Of a DNA stretch of 45,709 nucleotides, positions 36,051-45,709 are shown piece by piece; positions within the stretch are counted from its first letter, which is position 1; each line of letters begins with the position of its first letter. Source of the stretch: Octopus bimaculoides (Eukaryota); assembly GCF_001194135.2 (NCBI RefSeq), contig NC_069009.1:6763821-6809529 (forward strand), in the 5' to 3' direction. The notes beneath the pieces are model-generated. The model searched no databases and had not been told where the DNA came from. It saw only the letters and a list, made by a program, of their open reading frames with translations. The position numbers and the translations under genes are program-made.

Positions 36051-36203
36051 GTTTTTTGTTTTAACGTCGTCTGTTATCACAGAAATATGTCTATCCGTGT
36101 ACTTCCTATTTCCTTCGTTTTTAGCCTTCTTCCTGCTTTCTTATGCTTCCTCTATCTCACTATCAAATCCATCTATCCATCCATCCATCTATCTGTCTAT
36201 CTG

Positions 36204-36268
<65 letters not shown>

Positions 36269-36323
36269 GTCTATCTATCCATCTATCTATCTATCTATCT
36301 ATCTATCTGCACACAAATATATA

Positions 36324-37236
36324 TACGAGGAGGTACCCAAAAGTAACCGGAAACGTTCTCTGTGGAAAAGCCCGTTATAGTATGGGCTTCCGCTGCTAGG
36401 AGCCACTTGATGCGACCTTCAGGCATCAGTCTGCCGACCTGCGCCATCTGCTGAAGTCGTCCTACCGCGTGGTACGTCTTGTTTTGCTATGCTTCTTGCT
36501 CGTCAATTTTTGCGATGACTGAAACGAAGGAACAGCGTACTTCCATGAAATTCTGTGTTCTGCCAGGAAAAACGGCAGACGATACAGATGTCATGCTTCA
36601 AGCAGCTTACAACGATGCTGCTGTAAGCAAAATATAAATTTATGAGTAGTTTTCATGCTTTGGGAATGGTCACTTTTGGCTTGAAAACCTATTTTGTTCA
36701 GAGCGACCGTCAACCTCCCGGACGAATGAAAACATAACGAAAATTCATGAAATGATCTTGGAGAACCATCACTGAACAATTCACGAATGTGTTGCTTATG
36801 ACTGGTGTGTCCTTGAACTCCTGCCAACGAATTTTGAGCGAGGAATTGCGAATGAAAAGAGTTGCAACAAAATTTGTGCCTCGCTTTCTCACAGGAGATC
36901 AAACGCATTCACGATTAAATGGGTATCATGAACTGAAAGAACAGTCAGAAGTCGACTCGGACGTTTTCTCGAAGGTCATCACTGGTGATGAAAGCTGGGG
37001 CTATGGAACTTGCAAATGTGGAAGAGGTGAAGAAAACAAAAACGACAGACGCGTTAAAAGCATCATTTCTCAAGAGTTCCAACCCTGCTTAGAAAAGTGG
37101 CAAACGCGCCTTGACTGATGCTTTGTCTCAAATGGAGAATACTTTGAACGCGATAAAAGTGTAAACATGTAAAACTAAATGAATAAAATGATATTGCAAA
37201 ATTCCGGTGTCTTTTTTGCGGGGGGGGGGGGCTGTA
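36324..37236 (+). mobile_element. Mariner-family transposon with an internal deletion of the catalytic domain
   Basis: Starts TACGAGGAGGTACCCAAAAGTAACCGGAA. Reads MTETKEQR..MKFC..RPSTSRTNENI..LSEELRMKRVATKFVPRFLT..SKVITGDESWGYG, then jumps to SQEFQPCLEKWQTRLD*CFVSNGEYFE. The right TIR is degraded (..ATTCCGGTG..). Confidence 0.85.
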
Positions 37237-37249
37237 TATATATATCTTT

Positions 37250-37450
37250 TATCTATTACATGTTTCAGTCATTGGACTGCGGCCATGTTGGGGCATCGCT
37301 TTGAAGGATTTTAGTCGAACAAATCGACCCCAGGACTTAATTTTAAACCCTAGTATTTATTTAATTGTTCTCTTTTGCCAAAACTTTAAGTTACGGGGAC
37401 GTAAACACAGCAACACCAGTTGTTAAATACAAGCACAGACACAAAAGCAC
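37250..37450 (-). mobile_element. SINE family B, 3' half
   Basis: GTTTCAGTCATTGGACTGCGGCCATG..GTCGAACAAATCGACCCCAGGAC..AAGTTACGGGGACGTAAACAC. Confidence 0.75.
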
Positions 37451-37684
37451 ATACACACATATATCAAGCATTTGTAGTATTCATTTGAATCAAGGTATTT
37501 TAATATTAAGGACACCAAGTAAGGTTCAAAATCCGCACATCCGTGTATATGCCATTTACAAAACATGGCCGCATTTGCCCGTGCATATATGGACATATTC
37601 ATACACTTACATATACCTTGTACGTTCACACCACTGGCATACATTTTCACGATCCAATGTAAGTTCTAGATTCAGGAACCTTCA

Positions 37685-37723
<39 letters not shown>

Positions 37724-37750
37724 CACAGACAGATGAATAGACATAGATGA

Positions 37751-37781
<31 letters not shown>

Positions 37782-37807
37782 GATAGATACATACATACAT
37801 ACATACA

Positions 37808-37839
<32 letters not shown>

Positions 37840-37840
37840 A

Positions 37841-38100
37841 AACATACAACCAGAAGTTTTCCTCGTTCCTTGATTTGGTTTTACCATTCCATTACCTTCT
37901 CAAAGATTCCTTCATTTCTCTCTGAATATAAAAACATTTTTCCATTCCTTCGTATTTCTACATATTTTTGTAACACTTTTCTTCCATTTTGTTTTCCAAG
38001 CATCTACAGTGTGCTTGAGTGACATTCATTCCTCTCCACTGATTTTACAGTCGTCTGCCTTCTGTAGTCTTCTTTTGATTTCTATCTCCTTCGTCTAGTT
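37841..38100 (+). repeat. Unclassified pyrimidine-rich repeat, copy B of 3
   Basis: Colinear with 35686-35930 and 40617-40850. Confidence 0.8.
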
Positions 38101-38263
38101 TTTTCTTTTATCTATTCGTTTTTCTTTTCTATCATATATTTTCTACACCTCTTCATTTCCGTCGGTTATCTCATTTTTAACTTTCTGTATTTATTTCCTC
38201 TTCCTTGTTTATCAGGCTTCTTGCTGTCTTCTTATTCTTTATCTATCTAGCTAGCTAGCTAGC

Positions 38264-38310
<47 letters not shown>

Positions 38311-38867
38311 NNNNNNNNNNNNNNNNNNNNNNNNNNNNNNNNNNNNNNNNNNNNNNNNNNNNNNNNNNNNNNNNNNNNNNNNNNNNNNNNNNNNNNNNNN
38401 NNNNNNNNNNNNNNNNNNNNNNNNNNNNNNNNNNNNNNNNNNNNNNNNNNNNNNNNNNNNNNNNNNNNNNNNNNNNNNNNNNNNNNNNNNNNNNNNNNNN
38501 NNNNNNNNNNNNNNNNNNNNNNNNNNNNNNNNNNNNNNNNNNNNNNNNNNNNNNNNNNNNNNNNNNNNNNNNNNNNNNNNNNNNNNNNNNNNNNNNNNNN
38601 NNNNNNNNNNNNNNNNNNNNNNNNNNNNNNNNNNNNNNNNNNNNNNNNNNNNNNNNNNNNNNNNNNNNNNNNNNNNNNNNNNNNNNNNNNNNNNNNNNNN
38701 NNNNNNNNNNNNNNNNNNNNNNNNNNNNNNNNNNNNNNNNNNNNNNNNNNNNNNNNNNNNNNNNNNNNNNNNNNNNNNNNNNNNNNNNNNNNNNNNNNNN
38801 NNNNNNNNNNNNNNNNNNNNNNNNNNNNNNNNNNNNNNNNNNNNNNNNNNNNNNNNNNNNNNNNNNN

Positions 38868-38910
<43 letters not shown>

Positions 38911-39369
38911 GTATTTGTAAATAAAGATGTAGATTGATGCACAGAGTACTTAACATCGAGAAAAATACCCGATCGAACGTGGATTTCTATCTACGATATT
39001 TATCTACGATATGCCGTTTGCCCTGTGCATAGACTGTGCGTCTTATGGGTTTTTGTGGTTATTCTAAGTTGTCCTTCATTGAAGTTGAAAAATTGTAGGG
39101 TAGAATCTTTTAAAGGGTTCGTGGTTTCTTGGTTTATGGTCGTTCTGTTGTATATATATAATAGTGTGCGTTGATATTGTTGGATGGTCCTTCGTTGGGA
39201 TTCGAATTCTAGTAAGGGTCATTCGTGTTAAGGGGATCCCAGTATATTCATACAAATACGTACACACACAAACAAAATTCTGCTTTGGAACATTGGGTTT
39301 CGATGCATATTACATAAAGCTATAAATAATAGCATGTAAATATTGTGTGGTAAAACTGTTGTGGAGAGA

Positions 39370-39690
39370 TCGGTAGATAGATAGATAGATAGATAGATAG
39401 AAAGTTAAATAGATAGATGGACGGATGGATGGATAGATAGATGAATCAATAGATAGATAGGAAAAAAGACAAGCAGACAGACAGACAGGCAGACAGACAG
39501 ACAGACAGAAAGACAGACAGACTGATTGTTAGATAGATAATAGATAAATAGATAGTTAGTTAGAGAGATAGATAGATAGATAGATAGAGAGAGGGAGATA
39601 CATACATACGTACATACATACATACATACATACATACATACATACATACATACATACATGCATACGTACGTACGTATTTATGTATGTACA
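39370..39690. repeat. (GATA)n/(GACA)n/(CATA)n compound microsatellite
   Basis: Read directly from the sequence. Confidence 0.9.
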
Positions 39691-39792
39691 TACACACATA
39701 CAAACAAAAATATCCTGTTGTTGGGAACCTTGGATCTCGGTTAGAAACCGGTTCTTTCTATTGGCAAGAAATCTTGAAATAAACTGAATAAT

Positions 39793-40165
39793 TACCAACC
39801 ACATGGTCCCGGGTTCAGTCCCACTGCGTGGCATCTTGGGAAAGTGTCTTCTACTATAGCCTCGGGCCGACCAATGCCTTGTGAGTGGATTTGGTAGACG
39901 GAAACTGAAAGAAGCCTGTCGTATATATGTGTATATGTATGTATGTGTGTATGTGTTTGTATGTCTGTGTTTGTCCCCCCAACATCGCTTGACAACCGAT
40001 GCTGGTGTGTTTATGTCCCTGTAACTTAGCGGTTCGGCAAAAGAGACCGAAAGAATAAGTACTAGGCTTCCAAAGAATAAGTCCTGGGGTCGATTTGCTC
40101 GACTACAGGCGGTGCTCCAGCATGGCCACAGTCAAAAAGACTGAAACAAGTAAAAGAGTAAAAGA
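39793..40165 (+). mobile_element. SINE family B, nearly complete (first ~30 nt missing)
   Basis: B-box-like GGTTCAGTCCC, a CORE-like centre, an internal microsatellite, the tail GGCGGTGCTCCAGCATGGCCACAGTC..GACTGAAACAAG and an (AGTAAAAG)n end. Confidence 0.9.
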
Positions 40166-40214
40166 GATACATGCATAACATACACAGATATACATTCATA
40201 TATATACATAGATA

Positions 40215-40429
40215 TTCTTTTCCAATCTAAGCACAAGGCCTGAAATTTGGGGGGGAGGGCGCCAGTCGATTAGATCGACCCCAGTACGCAACTGGCACTT
40301 AATTTATCGACCCCGAAAGGATGAAAGGCAAAGTCGACTTAGGCAGAATTTGAACTCAGAATGTAAAAACAGACGAAATACCACTAAGCATTTCCCCCGG
40401 CGTGCTAACGTTTCTGCCAGTACGCCGCC
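40215..40429 (-). mobile_element. SINE family A, full length
   Basis: The reverse complement reads GGCGGCGTACTGGCAGAAACGTTAGCACGCCGGG..GAGTTCAAATTC..GGCCTTGTGCTTAGATTGGAAAAGAA. Confidence 0.85.
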
Positions 40430-40603
40430 TTTTACATACATGAGTGATGGATAGAGAGGTAAATAGATACATATATTAATACAGGCAGACAAATAGACTG
40501 ACAGACAGACAGACAGACAGACAGATAGATAGATAGATAGATAGATAGATAGGATAGAGCCACAAATATATACATATACACACGCATTAAAATACACGTA
40601 TAC

Positions 40604-41000
40604 ATAACAGTATTGAACATACAACCAGAAGTTTTCCTCGTTCCTTGATATGGTTTTACCATTCCATTACCTTCTCAAAGAGTCGTTCGTTTCTTTCTTA
40701 ATATAAAAAACTTTTTTCCATTCCTTCCTATTCCTACATATTTTTGGAACACTTTTCATCCATTTTGTTTTTTTAAGAGTTTGCTGCGTGCTTGAGTGAC
40801 ATTCATTCCTCTCCACTGATTTTGGAATCGTCTGCTTTCTGTAGTCTTCCTCTTAAAAATTCTTCCTCCTAAATTCACGGTCTTTCTTTGTTTCATTTTC
40901 TTTCCTCCCTTACACATTTTCTTCGTCCGTTCTTTTTCCGTGTGTTCATGTTTTGCATTTTTCAAATCTGTTTTCGATCTTCTAGTTCCGTTTTTCCTTT
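40604..41000 (+). repeat. Unclassified pyrimidine-rich repeat, copy C of 3
   Basis: Shares both the core and the distal AAATCTGTTTTCGATCTTCTAGTT motif with copy A. Confidence 0.8.
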
Positions 41001-41111
41001 CATCACCACTAATCATTTTTTTTTCAACATCTTCTCCTCTTTCCTCCTCTCTTCTAGTTTTGCCTTCAATAACTACACATATCTATCAATCTATCTATCT
41101 ATCTATCTATC

Positions 41112-41148
<37 letters not shown>

Positions 41149-42336
41149 NNNNNNNNNNNNNNNNNNNNNNNNNNNNNNNNNNNNNNNNNNNNNNNNNNNN
41201 NNNNNNNNNNNNNNNNNNNNNNNNNNNNNNNNNNNNNNNNNNNNNNNNNNNNNNNNNNNNNNNNNNNNNNNNNNNNNNNNNNNNNNNNNNNNNNNNNNNN
41301 NNNNNNNNNNNNNNNNNNNNNNNNNNNNNNNNNNNNNNNNNNNNNNNNNNNNNNNNNNNNNNNNNNNNNNNNNNNNNNNNNNNNNNNNNNNNNNNNNNNN
41401 NNNNNNNNNNNNNNNNNNNNNNNNNNNNNNNNNNNNNNNNNNNNNNNNNNNNNNNNNNNNNNNNNNNNNNNNNNNNNNNNNNNNNNNNNNNNNNNNNNNN
41501 NNNNNNNNNNNNNNNNNNNNNNNNNNNNNNNNNNNNNNNNNNNNNNNNNNNNNNNNNNNNNNNNNNNNNNNNNNNNNNNNNNNNNNNNNNNNNNNNNNNN
41601 NNNNNNNNNNNNNNNNNNNNNNNNNNNNNNNNNNNNNNNNNNNNNNNNNNNNNNNNNNNNNNNNNNNNNNNNNNNNNNNNNNNNNNNNNNNNNNNNNNNN
41701 NNNNNNNNNNNNNNNNNNNNNNNNNNNNNNNNNNNNNNNNNNNNNNNNNNNNNNNNNNNNNNNNNNNNNNNNNNNNNNNNNNNNNNNNNNNNNNNNNNNN
41801 NNNNNNNNNNNNNNNNNNNNNNNNNNNNNNNNNNNNNNNNNNNNNNNNNNNNNNNNNNNNNNNNNNNNNNNNNNNNNNNNNNNNNNNNNNNNNNNNNNNN
41901 NNNNNNNNNNNNNNNNNNNNNNNNNNNNNNNNNNNNNNNNNNNNNNNNNNNNNNNNNNNNNNNNNNNNNNNNNNNNNNNNNNNNNNNNNNNNNNNNNNNN
42001 NNNNNNNNNNNNNNNNNNNNNNNNNNNNNNNNNNNNNNNNNNNNNNNNNNNNNNNNNNNNNNNNNNNNNNNNNNNNNNNNNNNNNNNNNNNNNGTGCGTG
42101 TGTTTATTACCGGCATAATGCCTCTCCCAAGGTTTAATTGTATTTCTTTCAACACACGTATCCACATCAAGAATCTTGCACACGAAATACACATACGATA
42201 TATATATATATATATATGCATATATTTTTTCATGTAGATATACGTATGCAAGTACCTATGTATGCTTATAGAATTCATGTGTGTATGTGTGTGTATATTA
42301 CACATATATACTTATATATGAATGCAGATGCATGGG

Positions 42337-42369
<33 letters not shown>

Positions 42370-43079
42370 ATACATATGCACACATAAGTGCATATATATA
42401 TACATATTTTCATGCGTAAATTTACTGTATTTTCCTACCCATAATCTTACACTTATGTACGTACAACCTCACACACGCATGCATGCAAACGCACACACAT
42501 ACACGCACCACACACACTCACACACACACACATACACGCGCACACGCATATATTTATATGCATACGTGTGCATACATGCTATTTGTTTGTTGTTGGATAC
42601 GTATGCAGAGAGCAGGAGAAGTGCGAGAAATACAGATGCGGAGATAGAGCTAAATGGAGAAATAAAGTCGGTACACTTTTGCAGGCCCGTTGCCAGACCG
42701 ATGCGTGAGGTGGCTTCAGAATATTCTGGATGGGCGGTATTTTGTAATAATGCTAAAGTGGAGTTTCGAAATAAGTGTATCGTTGTAAATCTGAGGGTAC
42801 ACCATTGAATACTGAGGGAGCAGTGTCGTTCAGTAAACCCCCCTTAGAAAACAGGCATGCTTTATAGATAGAGAATCAAAGGGAAACCAATGATAAAAGT
42901 TGTAGACATGTACAGAAAACAAAAAAGTGGCTGTGTGGTAAGTAGCATGCTTACCAACCACATGGTTCCGGGTTCAGTCCCACTGCGTGGCATCTTGGGC
43001 AAATGTCTTCTAATATAGCCTTGGACTGACCAAAGCCTTTTGAGTGGATTTGGTAGACAGAAACTGAAAGAAGCCCGTC

Positions 43080-43106
<27 letters not shown>

Positions 43107-43111
<5 letters not shown>

Positions 43112-43765
43112 TATTTTGTTTAAAAGAGTTCCAACACTCTGTTTTTTATGTTTTATTTATATTCCTGCAGAACCAATGTGTGGTATAGAATATACAATAT
43201 ATAATGTAATATACAATATATAATATAAAATAATATACAATATATAATATAAAATAAAATAAAAATGGATGGCACCATGAAAGAAAGTATTGAATGTAGA
43301 TGAAATATTGAGTGTTCAATATAAAGGATCAAATATATAAATATAAATATAAATATATATATATAAAGGCGACTCGAGTTTCAGGGCTATTTCCCTTCGT
43401 CATGGCCGGTATGACAGACTTTAACAGACTGTTAAAGTCTGTCATACCGGCCATGACTTTAACAGTCTGTTAAAGTCTGTCATACCGGCCATGACNNNNN
43501 NNNNNNNNNNNNNNNNNNNNNNNNNNNNNNNNNNNNNNNNNNNNNNNNNNNNNNNNNNNNNNNNNNNNNNNNNNNNNNNNNNNNNNNNNNNNNNNNNNNN
43601 NNNNNNNNNNNNNNNNNNNNNNNNNNNNNNNNNNNNNNNNNNNNNNNNNNNNNNNNNNNNNNNNNNNNNNNNNNNNNNNNNNGTTGGAACTCTTTTAAAC
43701 AAAATAATATATTCCTCTATACACAATCATACAAAAAAACCACCTTTTTTGTATTTATTTTTACT

Positions 43766-43767
<2 letters not shown>
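43107..43767. mobile_element. Inverted-repeat (foldback) insertion, probably derived from a PLE pseudo-LTR
   Basis: A perfect 29-bp IR at 43107-43135 / 43683-43711, a perfect central 29-bp hairpin at 43399-43457, an HHR motif, and insertion within (TA)n. Confidence 0.6.
43362..43412 (-). ncRNA. Type I hammerhead ribozyme motif with a palindromic stem III and one extra nucleotide in the core
   Basis: Minus strand: AUA-CC-GGC-C(A)UGACGA-AGGG[AAAUAG]CCCU-GAAA-CUCGAG-UC/GCC-UU-UAU. ACUCGAGU is a palindrome and the triplet is GUC. The predicted cut is between 43371 and 43370. Confidence 0.6.
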
Positions 43768-43800
<33 letters not shown>

Positions 43801-44293
43801 TTGTGTCTGTGTTTCTTCCCCCAACACTGCTTGACAACCGATGCTGGTGTGTTTACGTCCCCGAAACCTAGCGGTTCGGCAAAAGAGATTGATAGAATAA
43901 GTACTAGGCTTACAAAGAATGAGTCCTGGGGTCGATTTGCTCGACTAAAGGCGCTGCTCCAGCATGGCCACAGTCAAATGACTGAAACAAGTAAAAGAGT
44001 AACCCTATTTGCATGTATCCATGCATCCATCTATCTATCTATCTATCTGTCTATCTATCCATCCATCCATCTATCCATCCATCTATGTTCTCCGTTCACC
44101 ATTCCTGGGAGGGGTGGTTCGTCGTCGTATCGTCCTCAAGAACCTCCTCTATATGTTTCCAGCGGAAGTAACTATCATTCCATGTTTCGGCTGAAACCCC
44201 AAGCCTTACCAACTGAGTCTATGGTTATTATCCAAGCATCTCGTTCTTGATCAACCTCAGGTCTTCTGCTAATCATGAAGAAGGGGCCCTCCA

Positions 44294-44445
44294 GAGACCG
44301 GGCGTTGCAATATGTTCTTGAGCAAAACAATTCATTCCACGTTGCTTTGCGGTCATTACGTAATCTCTCGTGTGGCATTTCGTTCACCTGTACAGGTAAT
44401 ATCGATTTGATGGAGGGTAAGTGAGCTTATGTGCAACATAAACGT
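44294..44445 (+). mobile_element. SINE family C centre with tail type 3
   Basis: TGTTCTTGAGCAAAACAATTCATTCCACGTTGCT is followed by a tail unlike those at 850 or 44688. Confidence 0.55.
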
Positions 44446-44687
44446 TTTACTCTTTTACTCGTTTCAGCTAGGCGGCCGTGGTCATGCTGGAGCACCACCA
44501 TCATCATTACAGTAGATCACTATAAACAAATTACCTGTACAGGTTGTTCTGCCAGAAATTGCAGAAACCGTCAGAGAGTCCATGATATATATAGGCATAT
44601 GTGTGTGTCTGTGTGTGTGTGTGTGATAATTTGTATGTATTTGTGTATGTATGTATGTATGTATGTATGTATGTATGCATGTATGTA

Positions 44688-45006
44688 GGCGCGTGGCTTA
44701 GTGGTTAGGATACTTGGCTCACGATCGTAAAGTCATGAGTTCAATTCTCGGCGACGCGTTGTGACCTTGAGCAAGACACTTTATTTCATGTTGCTTCAGT
44801 TCACCCAGCTGGCAAAAATGAGTAGTACCTGTATTTCAAATGGCCATCCTTGTCACACCCTGTGTCACACTGAATCTCCCTGAGAACTACGTTAAGGGTA
44901 CACGTGTCTGTGGAGTGCTCAGCCACCTGCACGTTAATTTTACGAGCAATCTGTTCCGTTCATCGTATCACCTGGGACCCTCGTCGTCGTAACCGACGGA
45001 GTGCCC
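44688..45006 (+). mobile_element. SINE family C, full length, tail type 2
   Basis: GGCGCGTGGCTTAGTGGTTAGG (A-box-like), GAGTTCAATTC (B-box-like), TGTGACCTTGAGCAAGACACTT centre, and a tail shared with ~26970-27140. Confidence 0.85.
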
Positions 45007-45241
45007 CGTTATGTATGTATGTATGTATGTATGTACGTATGTGTGTGTGTGTGTGTATGTATTCATCTTTGCAATGTCCCCATCACTCCACAACCGGTGC
45101 TCATATATGTCCCGGTAACTCGGTTTGGCAAAAGTGCCCCAGCATGGGCGTAATCCGTTGACTGAAACAAGTAAAAAGCAAACTCTATTCTCGCTCTCTG
45201 AGACAGTTGAAACTCGAAGTCTTATTCAGTTCCTAAAATTG

Positions 45242-45441
45242 GTTTCAAATGTTGGCACAAGGCCTGCGATTGAGGGGGAAGGGTCCTCCAGTACTCAGCT
45301 GGTACCAATTTTATTGACCCTGAAAAGACATAAAGCAAAGTCAACCTCAGCGAAATTCGAACTCAGAATGCAAAGACGAACGAAATACTGCTGAGCATTT
45401 TATCCGGCATGCTAATGATTCTGCCAGCTCGCTGCGCTGCC
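45242..45441 (-). mobile_element. SINE family A
   Basis: The reverse complement contains GAGCTGGCAGAATCATTAGCATGCCGGA..GAGTTCGAATTTC..GGCCTTGTGCCAACATTTGAAAC. Confidence 0.8.
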
Positions 45442-45444
45442 TTA

Positions 45445-45661
45445 GGTTTCAAATTTTGGCACAAAGCCAGTCAATTCGGGGGGGGGGTTGTTAGTCGACT
45501 ACATCGAGTCTGTGTGTCCAAATGGTACTTATTTTATCGACCCCCGAGAGGATGAAAGGCAAAGTCGACTTCAGTGGAATACGAACTCAGAAAGTTAACG
45601 CGGACTACATGCCACTAAGCATTTTGTCCGGGGAGCTAATGGTTCCACGCCAGCCCGCCGC
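45445..45661 (-). mobile_element. SINE family A, head-to-tail with the previous copy
   Basis: The reverse complement reads GGCGGCGGGCTGGCG..GTCGACTTTGCCTTTCATCCTCTCGGGGG..GTGCCAAAATTTGAAACC. Confidence 0.8.
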
Positions 45662-45709
45662 CTTCAGTTAATTCCCAATATAAAACGTATATTTGGCTCC
45701 AACACAAAT

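Larger units (their letters stand above)
42926..44000 (+). mobile_element. SINE family B split by a ~660-bp insertion in its internal (TA)n
   Basis: The 5' half is 42926-43082 (AGTGGCTGTGTGGTAAG..GAAGCCCGTCG) and the 3' half is 43797-44000 (GCTTGACAACCGATGCTGG..GACTGAAACAAGTAAAAGAG). Confidence 0.85.

Noticed and set aside
42590-42808. Open frames resembling an exon or an RT fragment (CVRWLQNILDGR)
   Set aside because: The similarity is too short and the neighbouring motifs do not follow.
1230-43871. Long ORFs in the supplied track (HTYI, YVCM, poly-I/H/D/M, X-filled)
   Set aside because: They are read-through of stop-poor microsatellites and N gaps. None has complex coding sequence outside the TE remnants listed.
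44085-44260. Complex sequence with open frames on both strands
   Set aside because: I see no recognisable motif or convincing splice sites, so it is left unassigned.

Overview
This is eukaryotic, AT-rich, repeat-dominated DNA from a short-read draft assembly, with about 8 kb of N gaps in 18 blocks, most next to microsatellites. The SINE families and dense microsatellites match my recollection of a coleoid cephalopod, most likely Octopus; this is an inference, not a database result. No intact protein-coding gene can be supported, and the long ORFs in the track are microsatellite or N read-through. The window holds three tRNA-derived SINE families (over 20 copies or fragments), LINE remnants (CR1, three R4/Dong pieces, L1/Tx1, RTE), a Tc1 element with both TIRs, two mariner derivatives and Penelope-like (PLE) remnants. 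The main finding is five type I hammerhead-ribozyme (HHR) motifs from four unrelated sequence families: 18648-18683 (+), 19851-19918 (-), 21033-21100 (-), 30070-30136 (-) and 43362-43412 (-). One is inserted antisense into a Penelope GIY-YIG endonuclease remnant. Another lies in what looks like a ~320-bp-arm palindrome whose second arm is largely hidden in an assembly gap, which predicts a sixth HHR there. Each motif has at least one non-canonical position, so activity is untested.
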